Assembly (NCBI GenBank): GCA_012031345.1 | Contig: JAAUTS010000013.1 | Location: 1-34,970, forward strand | From: Blastochloris sp. | GTDB lineage: Bacteria; Verrucomicrobiota; Verrucomicrobiia; Methylacidiphilales; JAAUTS01 | Reading direction: 5' to 3' | Length of the DNA: 34,970 bases | Part shown: piece by piece, positions 1 to 9,000 of the stretch | Position numbering within the stretch: the first letter of the stretch is position 1 | Layout: each line of letters starts with the position of its first letter | Made by a program: the position numbers and the translations under genes | Notes under the pieces: generated by a model | What the model saw: only the letters and a program-made list of their open reading frames with translations | Told to the model about the DNA's origin: nothing | Database searches by the model: none

Positions 1-147
1 GCCACCGAAGCCTCCTTCCGTTTCATCATGGTGGCCTACAACCTCATGAGCCTGTTCCGACACTTTGCCCTCAACAGCCACAACACGGCCACTCTATCCA
101 CGCTGCGATCCTATTGCTTTGCATTAGAGCATTTTCATATTAAATAG
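1..147 (+). CDS. 5'-truncated ORF with the C-terminal signature of an IS1380-family (DDE) transposase. Its last 8 codons read into the inserted IS630 end.
   Basis: Translates as ...FRFIMVAYNLMSLFRHFAL...; the AYNL(x)LFR motif is typical of IS1380-family transposase C-termini. The frame ends at TAG 145-147 inside the IS630 inverted repeat. Without the insertion it would stop at the TA(G) of the target site. Confidence 0.35.
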   Translation, partial: ATEASFRFIMVAYNLMSLFRHFALNSHNTATLSTLRSYCFALEHFHIK

Positions 148-152
148 ACGCA
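127..152. repeat. IS630 terminal inverted repeat (one end)
   Basis: Matches the reverse complement of 1125-1150. Confidence 0.75.
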
Positions 153-1103
153 TAGTTGGCGTGTTTGAAAAAGTTTAGGCATTGCTCTGGAGTAAACAGG
201 TCAAGGGTCTGGGCCAAAGCAAGCCTGAGACCCTCGAATGTTCTTTGGGCCGCTTTACGCAGGTGGGCTTTGAGCTTGGCAAAAGCCTGTTCAATGGGAT
301 TAAGATCCGGGCTGTAGGCGGGTAAGTAGTGCAGGCCGCAACCACATGCTTCAATCGCCTCACGCACTCCACGGACCTTATGGCTGGAAAGGTTGTCACA
401 GATGACGATATCTCCAGGCTGCAAGGTGGGCACCAAACACTGTTCCACATAACCAAGGAACATCGCTCCATCCAAGGCTCCATCAATCAACAGTGGGGCG
501 GTAAACCGATCATGGCGTAATGCCCCCAGGAAGGTGGAACTATGCCAGTGGCCGTGAGGGACAGAGTCCAGACACCTCTCTCCCACCGCAGAGCGGCCAT
601 AAAGTCGACTCATTTTGGTGTTCAAGCCTGTTTCATCCAGGAAGACCAAGCGACGAGGATCCCAAAGAGGTTGTTGTTGCTTCCAGACTTGGCGGGCTTC
701 TTTAAGATCAGGCCGATCTTGCTCGACGGCGCGTAGCGTTTTTTTTAAAGGACAGGCCCAGCTTACTCAGGCGATTGAATAAAGCCGTCTTTTTGATCGT
801 AACCTTCAACTGCTTTTGGCAAAGCACCAGCATTTGCTCCAAAGTGATACTGGGTTGTTGCCTGATCCACTCGAGCAGAGCTTGGTCATGTCCCTCTAAA
901 AGGGCACGTCGATAACCTCCCCGTTGCAAGCCCTCCAGCTTCCCGGTGTCCTGATAGCGTTTCCAGTAGCGTTCCACCGTGCGCTTGGAAACTTTGAACC
1001 GTTTAGCCAACGTTGTGACAGACTCCCCTTCTTGCCGGGCTTCCACAATCCTTTGCCGTAAATCCAAACTATAGCTTTTCATCCCTAGTTGGGTACAGCC
1101 CAA
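140..1103 (-). CDS. IS630-family transposase (HTH + DDE_3), split into two ORFs by a 1-nt indel in an A8/T8 homopolymer at 739-746
   Basis: ORF 708..1103 holds the N-terminal HTH part (...VSKRTVERYWKRYQDTGKLEGLQRGGYRR...). ORF 140..649 holds the DDE part (LVFLDETGLNTKMSRLYGRS...DNLSSHK...LPAYSPDLNPIEQAF). The DDE frame stays open upstream through the A-run (LKKTLRAVEQDRPDLKEARQVW...). Removing one A fuses both into a canonical ~330-aa IS630 transposase. Confidence 0.85.
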
Positions 1104-1124
1104 CCCTTAAATTGTACAGCTAAT

Positions 1125-1150
1125 TACGTCAAATTAAGACGAAAATGCTC
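1125..1150. repeat. IS630 terminal inverted repeat (other end)
   Basis: Reverse complement matches 127-152; followed by TA at 1151-1152. Confidence 0.75.
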
Positions 1151-1170
1151 TAGATCGCTTTGGCCGTTTG

Positions 1171-1623
1171 TTAAGGTGCCACTTTTAAGCCTTCAGCTTG
1201 GGCGAGGATTTTCTGATTTCCATCGAAGGTGAGGAAGTTCCTGACTCCCAGATGAAGTGCCGTGGAGACGTGCAGAATGTCCACCAAACAATGACCCGCA
1301 GCGAGAGTATGAGCACTGCTCAAAGCCTCAGCCCGCTGATGCACCGCTGACCAATCAACCGGAATTGTTGTCAAAAGCCCGGAATTCAAATCGACTTGAA
1401 GATCGTTCAGCATTTGTTGACCTTGTATTTGCGTGAAGCCTTTGGTCCGATCATTGAGCTGTAGCCGAATTTGGAGGCGCACAGATTGTCGGAACTCCAG
1501 CAAGAGCAGGCTGGAGACTCCCAACGAGCCATTCAGTCCAGACATGAATTCATCTGCCTGAGCGGAATTGACCTGGGTTCGATACAACGCACAAAGAAAG
1601 GAAGTGTCAGGAAAGCACTTCAC
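1171..1623 (-). CDS. vapC: PIN-domain toxin (VapC family) of a type II toxin-antitoxin pair
   Basis: PIN acidic residues are in place: FPDTSFL (Asp near the N-terminus), LLLEF (Glu), PVDW, CLVDILHV and LTFDGNQ. The gene overlaps the stop of the upstream antitoxin by 4 nt (1620-1623). Confidence 0.75.
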   Translation of the reverse strand: MKCFPDTSFLCALYRTQVNSAQADEFMSGLNGSLGVSSLLLLEFRQSVRLQIRLQLNDRTKGFTQIQGQQMLNDLQVDLNSGLLTTIPVDWSAVHQRAEALSSAHTLAAGHCLVDILHVSTALHLGVRNFLTFDGNQKILAQAEGLKVAP

Positions 1624-1877
1624 CCTTCTTCTCCTTCGAGTTCATCAGCCCGCATCGCCGCCACTTCAGCCTCCGTAAAAACACGATCCCCCCAGATAGC
1701 ACCACGACGAGCCGCGAAGTCTGGCTTGGCGGGCTGGGTCGATGCCTCAGGACGCCACGCCGTCAGGAGCCCTATCGGTCGTCCTCGTTTCTCAATACGG
1801 ATTTCCTCACCCTCCAAAAGCCACGCTTCCAACATGGAAAAAGAATTACGCAAATCGCGAACGGTAACGGTTTTCAT
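1620..1877 (-). CDS. Phd/YefM-family antitoxin (start taken at the internal ATG 1877..1875, not the 160-aa stop-to-stop ORF)
   Basis: MKTVTVRDLRNSFSMLEAWLLEGEEIRIEKRGRPIGLLTAWRPE is a textbook Phd/YefM antitoxin N-terminus. The longer upstream extension is not protein-like. The gene sits directly upstream of vapC and overlaps it. Confidence 0.8.
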   Translation of the reverse strand: MKTVTVRDLRNSFSMLEAWLLEGEEIRIEKRGRPIGLLTAWRPEASTQPAKPDFAARRGAIWGDRVFTEAEVAAMRADELEGEEG

Positions 1878-1880
1878 GAT

Positions 1881-1899
1881 GTGGACAAATATTGTCCAC
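1881..1899. promoter_or_regulatory. Perfect 8-3-8 palindrome GTGGACAA-ata-TTGTCCAC immediately upstream of the antitoxin ATG; probable antitoxin/TA-complex operator
   Basis: Read directly from the sequence. It ends 3 nt before the ATG. Autoregulatory operators of this form are standard for type II TA operons. Confidence 0.6.
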
Positions 1900-1916
1900 A
1901 CAGATTTCTTCGTCAA
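1888..1916 (-). promoter_or_regulatory. Putative sigma70-type promoter for the TA operon: -35 TTGACG (1916..1911, minus strand), 17-bp spacer, -10 AATATT (1893..1888) embedded in the operator. Implies a near-leaderless mRNA.
   Basis: Minus-strand reading: TTGACG-N17-AATATT-tgtccacatc-ATG. No Shine-Dalgarno sequence fits between the palindrome and the ATG. Confidence 0.3.
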
Positions 1917-2732
1917 CTCAAATCTCAAGAAGATCATGAAATTACAGCAAAAATGGGGGTATATGACAGGCACCAGGTGACTCGTGAATGGTCGCAAGCA
2001 CAAATCCATATATATATCCGGTAAGATTTTTGTGTCGTCCTCGTGCATCGATCCAAAAGCTTCACCATATGCCTTTGGTATGCGATCAATTAGGCTCAAC
2101 ATCCAAATATATCCAAACTACAAGAGATAAAAAACTTTACCATCACCACCTAAACCACCTATGACTAAGTCTTATGGAAGCCCATGAACGACTCCACCTA
2201 CAGGTCATGGATATACTGACATGGAAGCAGAGGCTGGCATATAGCACTCCTTTACTATGATTATTAAATCAGTACGGTATTTAGAAATTTGCAATCGGTT
2301 AGCGCAAAAGGCACGTTCAAAAATATCCTATAACACACTTTAGAAGTTTTGAGATAATCGCCCCGTTAGAGCATCAAGACTTAATCATAAGAAATCTGAA
2401 TTCCATAACTGAAGTTTACAGTTCAGAATACAGCTTTAGATTTTTATCCAGATATTTCAGGGGTGTTGTTTTTTCGGATACCCCTTTTAGAATCAAACTT
2501 CCAATCGCCCCTTGGTTTTTTTGGGATGGCGGAGAATTAGGAGGAACATTAGGGCAGTTTTATTTTTCCTTGCTACTGCACGCGACAGTAACCAAGTTTC
2601 TAAAAATAAATAGAAATAAAATTTTATTTAGTTTTGATTCAAAATTAAAAAGCAAGGCTATTGAAATTGTTTCCAGAAGATTCAATAAGTAAGGTAAACA
2701 GATTTGGTGAATATCCTTTAAATAGTTGAGAA

Positions 2733-2752
2733 AGGAACAGGGTCGTGGAACA
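2733..2752 (-). terminator. Candidate intrinsic terminator hairpin (GGTCGTG-loop-CACGACC) downstream of the DUF4339 gene
   Basis: 7-bp GC-rich stem ~45 nt after the stop codon at 2799; the T-rich tail on the minus strand is weak (ctgttcctttctc). Confidence 0.3.
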
Positions 2753-2798
2753 CGACCGCGTTAGTGCCAGCCAAGGCTTTGCCTTCCCTGACTTGAAC

Positions 2799-3359
2799 TT
2801 AGGCTTTTTTCAGAGCCATCAACTCTTCCGCCGCGCGACGATATTTTTGGCTCAGCTCTTCGTAGTCTTTTTTCAGAGCTTCCTGTTCGACTTCGAGGGT
2901 TCGGATTCTCAAATCCTTGGCCACTTCCAGACTTTCTTCCAGATCGCGGTCAGGCAAGGCCGAGGCCTGTTCTTTTTTCTCTGCCTCCAATTCAGCCTCC
3001 ATCTTGGCCATGATTTCCTCACCCAACTCCGCGCGCGCCGTGCTTTCTTTTTTGGTCCGGGTATTGATAAGAATCGCTTCCTTATCAATCTCACCCGCTG
3101 CCATGAACTCACGCACCGTGCCCAGCGTGGTGGGTCCGTATTCCGCCCCGTCACTGGAACGGATCGTCCAACACATGCCCAGCTCCTCCACCGAAACCGC
3201 TTTGATCCAAGCCCCCTCCCCGAAGGAGACTTCGTCGCCCGGGGAAATGTAGGCGCTGTCTGCCAGGATCTTCAACTCGTCCATATCCATGGGCCCAAGA
3301 ATCTCGTTCTCTTCCTTCTTGCGCAGACGAATTTTGCTCGAATCAATACTCATAGACAT
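2799..3359 (-). CDS. Hypothetical protein with two DUF4339 (GYF-like) repeats and a C-terminal acidic coiled coil
   Basis: ILGPMDMDELKILADSAYISPGDEVSFGEGAWIKAVSVEEL and WTIRSSDGAEYGPTTLGTVREFMAAGEIDKEAILINTRTKK resemble the DUF4339 motif. The C-terminus is E/K-rich heptads. The gene abuts the upstream LysM gene (stop/start adjacent). Confidence 0.55.
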   Translation of the reverse strand: MSMSIDSSKIRLRKKEENEILGPMDMDELKILADSAYISPGDEVSFGEGAWIKAVSVEELGMCWTIRSSDGAEYGPTTLGTVREFMAAGEIDKEAILINTRTKKESTARAELGEEIMAKMEAELEAEKKEQASALPDRDLEESLEVAKDLRIRTLEVEQEALKKDYEELSQKYRRAAEELMALKKA

Positions 3360-3935
3360 TCACTTCTTGGGGATGAACAGTTTTTGGCCCGCCCGCAGAT
3401 TTTGACTACGATCCATGTTATTGGCCTGACGAATGTCGTCCACAGAAACTTTGACTCCTGCATCTTGGTAGGCTTTGGAAATGGCCCAGAGGCTGTCCCC
3501 GGTCTTGACCTCATACTCATAGCCCTCCTGCTTGGCTCCCTCCGTCTTGGGTGGGGCTTCCGGACGGGGGCTCACCGCCGCGCTGCCCTTGGATGAGGCG
3601 ACCAGGCCGGCCACTTCCTTCAACAAAGCCTGTTTGTCCTTGGCTGCGGTTTTTTCCATGTCGTCCAAACGCTTATGCAGCGCGGCTTTGTCCTCCTGCA
3701 AGGCCTGAATCTGTAGTTGAAGTTTGCCCATGTCCTCCTGAAGCTTTTGATTCTGCTGCACCAACAGTTCCAGTTGATCGGCGGCCCGAAGAATTTTTTG
3801 ACGTTCGATGGCTTCATCCTCACGCGCGGCGGGATCGGCGTATTGCGCGGTCAAGGGACTCACCAGGGCCAGCACGAGCAAAAGCAAAATCTGGAGCGCC
3901 GTTGGATGGGGTAAATGACCTGCGTGATGTGACAT
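3360..3935 (-). CDS. Secreted LysM-domain protein with a coiled-coil region (start taken at MSHHAGHL..., 3935)
   Basis: C-terminal YEYEVKTGDSLWAISKAYQDAGVKVSVDDIRQANNMDRSQNLRAGQKLFIP is a LysM domain. The N-terminus has a hydrophobic signal-like segment, ALQILLLLVLALVSPLTAQ. The ORF track extension upstream overlaps ligA and was rejected. Confidence 0.75.
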   Translation of the reverse strand: MSHHAGHLPHPTALQILLLLVLALVSPLTAQYADPAAREDEAIERQKILRAADQLELLVQQNQKLQEDMGKLQLQIQALQEDKAALHKRLDDMEKTAAKDKQALLKEVAGLVASSKGSAAVSPRPEAPPKTEGAKQEGYEYEVKTGDSLWAISKAYQDAGVKVSVDDIRQANNMDRSQNLRAGQKLFIPKK

Positions 3936-3945
3936 TCTGCTCAAA

Positions 3946-6308
<2,363 letters not shown>

Positions 6309-6368
6309 AAGTCACGACCAGGCTGTCCGGCGCCGCCGGAATGTTGCGTATTTCCACCTTCTGCAAAT

Positions 6369-6803
6369 TCAGAATTCGCTTCGGTTTAAAGCAATTTGAG
6401 CCTGCCCCGGCATTCCCGTTTCCGATTCCGGCTGGAAACTGAGAATCTCGACTTCGTTGCCGGAGTTCTCCTTAAAATACAGTCCATACTGCGCCGAAGG
6501 ATTCAAGCCGCTGATTTGTAAAAAACCTTCCTGCAAATTTTTGTCCCAAACCAAGCGCCCCTGAACCTCGGAGCCGCGAACCGCAGGACCCAACAGCACG
6601 ACCCGGGCCTTGAGTTGTCCTAACATTTTTTTGAGCAGAATGTTTTCCGATTCGAGGGAAAGATTTTCCTCTACGGGTGCTGCCGGAATCGGTGTCTTTT
6701 CCGAGTTGGATCCCTGGGTGAGGAACCAGCTTACCACACAGCCCAGCAGGAGACCCAGAATCAGTCCGATCAGCCCCTGTTTTCCGATCACTCCCTGCTT
6801 CAT
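6369..6803 (-). CDS. Membrane-anchored protein with an anti-sigma-K (RskA)-like C-terminal domain; start at ATG 6803, which overlaps the purU stop as ATGA
   Basis: N-terminal TM segment LIGLILGLLLGCVVSWF. The C-terminus GRLVWDKNLQEGFLQISGLNPSAQYGLYF resembles the RskA C-terminal motif (vvW...g.l.v.gLp.l..g.vYqLW). The longer ORF-track start was rejected. Confidence 0.45.
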   Translation of the reverse strand: MKQGVIGKQGLIGLILGLLLGCVVSWFLTQGSNSEKTPIPAAPVEENLSLESENILLKKMLGQLKARVVLLGPAVRGSEVQGRLVWDKNLQEGFLQISGLNPSAQYGLYFKENSGNEVEILSFQPESETGMPGQAQIALNRSEF

Positions 6804-7654
6804 ACTCCGTAAACCCTCCCCCAATGAACATCGAGCCGGTTTTTGAGATAAAGTCGAACGGCATGAACCAGACACTTGCCCTCGCAGGCTTGGCCACGCT
6901 TGACGATATCGGCCAGCGTTTCCTTGGGGCGCACTTTGAAAGATTCCTGACAAATAATGGGCCCCTGATCCAAGTCAGGCGTCACAAAATGAGCGGTCAC
7001 ACCCACAATCTTCACCCCTTTTTCATAAGCCTGCCGATAAGCCGAAGCTCCGGCAAAGGCGGGCAACAAGGAGGGATGAATGTTTAAAATTTTATTTTTC
7101 CAGCGCCAAACAAAGTTGGGTGAAAGAATCTTCATAAATCGGGCCAGAACAATAAAATCAATTCGATGTTCCTCCAGCACCGCCAAAAGTTTTTTCTCCG
7201 CCTCATGGCGATCCACAAAAGGCAGATAAACAAAGGGCAGTCCCGCCTGACGGGCCAGGGAAGCCAGATCCTGACGATTGCTGATAATAACAACAGGCTC
7301 GGCCTTAATCTGTTTTTTTCTCACGGCATGAAGAATGGCTTCCAAGGCATGAGCTTCCTTGGTCACCATCAAGGCCATGCGCTGACGTGTGTGGGCCGGG
7401 GCGAAATGAAGTTTCAACTCCATCTTCAAGCGCTTTGCCAGTGCCTGGAGTCCCTCTTCCACCTTGTCCTGCTCCAGATCCTTGGCCAACCAGGAAGCTT
7501 GCAGGGTCATGCTGAATTGACCACGAGCCACCTGCTCCTCCAAAGCCTCAATGTTGGCTTTGTTTTGAAATAAAAACTGGGTCACAGCGGCGATGACTCC
7601 CGACTTGTCCCTGCCGATCAAGGTGGCCGTGGCGTAGATCTTCACAAATGTCAC
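6800..7654 (-). CDS. purU: Formyltetrahydrofolate deformylase PurU (ACT domain + formyltransferase); start taken at GTG 7654, overlapping the queD stop as GTGA
   Basis: N-terminal ACT-like ...IYATATLIGRDKSGVIAAVTQFLFQ..., then a formyl-transferase core (...VVIISNRQDLASLARQAGLPF..., ...HPSLLPAFAGASAYRQAYEKGVKIVGVTAHFVTPDLDQGPII). The alternative ATG at 7672 would overlap queD by 22 nt. Confidence 0.9.
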   Translation of the reverse strand: MTFVKIYATATLIGRDKSGVIAAVTQFLFQNKANIEALEEQVARGQFSMTLQASWLAKDLEQDKVEEGLQALAKRLKMELKLHFAPAHTRQRMALMVTKEAHALEAILHAVRKKQIKAEPVVIISNRQDLASLARQAGLPFVYLPFVDRHEAEKKLLAVLEEHRIDFIVLARFMKILSPNFVWRWKNKILNIHPSLLPAFAGASAYRQAYEKGVKIVGVTAHFVTPDLDQGPIICQESFKVRPKETLADIVKRGQACEGKCLVHAVRLYLKNRLDVHWGRVYGV

Positions 7655-8013
7655 TCTCCCTGATAACTGCACCAGGCCCGCGGAGTCTCGTTGATGCAGA
7701 CTTCATGCAGCCCGGGAAGTTCCCCCGCCAATCGATCCCAAAACCACTTGCAGAGCAGTTCGAGCGTGGGATTTTCCAAACCCTCAATCTCATTCAAATA
7801 CGAATGATCCAGCTTCTCAATCAGGGGCTTGGTCTTGTCCAAAATCAGGGCGTGATCGTAAAGCATCCCGGTGGCTGGATCGACCTGACCTTTGACGGAA
7901 ATTTTCACGACAAAAGTGTGTCCATGCAGACGACGGCATTTGTGTCCTTCGGGAAACACGTCCAGAACCTGCGCGGCATCAAAGGTGAATTCCCGGGTTA
8001 ATGTAATCTTCAT
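7651..8013 (-). CDS. queD: 6-carboxy-5,6,7,8-tetrahydropterin synthase QueD
   Basis: 120 aa with the CxxxHGH motif (HKCRRLHGHTF), ...DHSYLNEI... and ...ETPRAW. Confidence 0.9.
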   Translation of the reverse strand: MKITLTREFTFDAAQVLDVFPEGHKCRRLHGHTFVVKISVKGQVDPATGMLYDHALILDKTKPLIEKLDHSYLNEIEGLENPTLELLCKWFWDRLAGELPGLHEVCINETPRAWCSYQGE

Positions 8014-8018
8014 GAACT

Positions 8019-8936
8019 TTAGGCTCCTATCCTGGGTAAAGGTTCAAACAAGGGAAGATGCCCAACCAAGGGCACGAAATGTTCCTCCATCAATTCAGGG
8101 GTGATCTCGGGATTGCGGCAAGCCGCCTGCAAATCCGTCCAGGACCGTGTTTTCCAGACATTGCGCTGATCCACCACCGGGGAACCGCTGTAGCCCATGC
8201 CATACACTTTGACCAACTGATTGGCCAGAGCCACCGTCGATGCCAGGGCCGAGGTCTTTTTATTCAAATCATGATGCTCCGCCACCGCCTGCTGGATCGT
8301 CCCGTTGATGCCGTTCCAACTCAGCCACATCTGCCCCAACTCCGCATGATCGATCCCGAGAAAACGACGTTCCATTTCGTAAAGTGAACTTTGCTCATCA
8401 ATCGCGGCCCGCAGCGCGGCGTAGTAGGGATAAGGCGCCACCTCCGCCATGACAGGCTTGCCGATATCATGGATCAGCCCACCCAGATAGGCACTGACTT
8501 TCCCCTTACCCAGCAAGGTGTTAAGTGCCACCATGGAGGTCAGTTTTTTGTTTTTGCCGTCATCCCATCCCTTGCCCGGCGTAAACTCCCCCTCCACCAC
8601 CTGCATCAAATAGTGCGCCACCACTCCGGTCGATACCGCGTGTTGCCAAAAACTGGTCCAGACAAATTCACTGGGAGCCTGGAAATCGTCCCGCAACATC
8701 AACCCGGTCAGCACCAGTTGCGAGACCAAATCTGTGCCCACCGCCCGGATGGCCTTGCGACGGCTGGCCGTCTCCACATGTTTCCGCGCAAAACCCGTTT
8801 GAGCCAGTGCCGCTACAAAATCATCCACTTGCGGCACCAGATCCAGCGCCTCCATCAAGTCCTCCACATCCGTCGGCTTGAGAATCAGCATGTCCTTGAG
8901 TGACTTGACCAGACCGGGCAGCTTCAAGGGCTTCAT
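8019..8936 (-). CDS. HDOD-domain signalling protein; start taken at MKPLKLPGL (8936). The ORF stays open to 9092 and could instead be fused to the upstream kinase.
   Basis: ...DLVPQVDDFVAALAQTGFARKHVETASRRKAIRAVGTDLVSQLVLTGLMLRD... and ...HAELGQMWLSWNGINGTIQQAVAEHHD fit the HDOD fold. Confidence 0.7.
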   Translation of the reverse strand: MKPLKLPGLVKSLKDMLILKPTDVEDLMEALDLVPQVDDFVAALAQTGFARKHVETASRRKAIRAVGTDLVSQLVLTGLMLRDDFQAPSEFVWTSFWQHAVSTGVVAHYLMQVVEGEFTPGKGWDDGKNKKLTSMVALNTLLGKGKVSAYLGGLIHDIGKPVMAEVAPYPYYAALRAAIDEQSSLYEMERRFLGIDHAELGQMWLSWNGINGTIQQAVAEHHDLNKKTSALASTVALANQLVKVYGMGYSGSPVVDQRNVWKTRSWTDLQAACRNPEITPELMEEHFVPLVGHLPLFEPLPRIGA

Positions 8937-9000
8937 CGGCTTTTGTAGGGCATTGAGCGTATCCTCCCGCTTACGCACCAAATTCGGGTCCACCGCATTT

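Larger units (their letters stand above)
127..1150 (-). mobile_element. IS630-family insertion sequence, ~1024 bp, flanked by a TA target-site duplication (125-126 and 1151-1152)
   Basis: Terminal inverted repeats: 127-152 TAGAGCATTTTCATATTAAATAGACG versus the reverse complement of 1125-1150, TAGAGCATTTTCGTCTTAATTTGACG (12/12 terminal bases identical, ~20/26 overall). Both ends are flanked by TA, as expected for IS630/Tc1-mariner. The internal transposase carries an HTH and a DDE domain. Confidence 0.8.

Noticed and set aside
1620-2102. 160-aa stop-to-stop ORF for the antitoxin
   Set aside because: Only the last 85 aa (from MKTVTVRDL) match Phd/YefM. The upstream 75 aa are not protein-like and would run across the operator palindrome and promoter.
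2459-2491. GGGGT-N15-ACCCC followed by TTTT in the AT-rich tract; looked like a plus-strand terminator
   Set aside because: No plus-strand gene lies upstream to terminate, the stem is short (5 bp) and the loop is large. It is kept only as a note inside the AT-rich-tract finding.
2745-3596. 283-aa plus-strand ORF overlapping the DUF4339 and LysM genes
   Set aside because: It is antisense to two well-supported genes. It is rich in F/L/R/G with no domain signal, which is the typical shadow-ORF pattern in GC-rich DNA.
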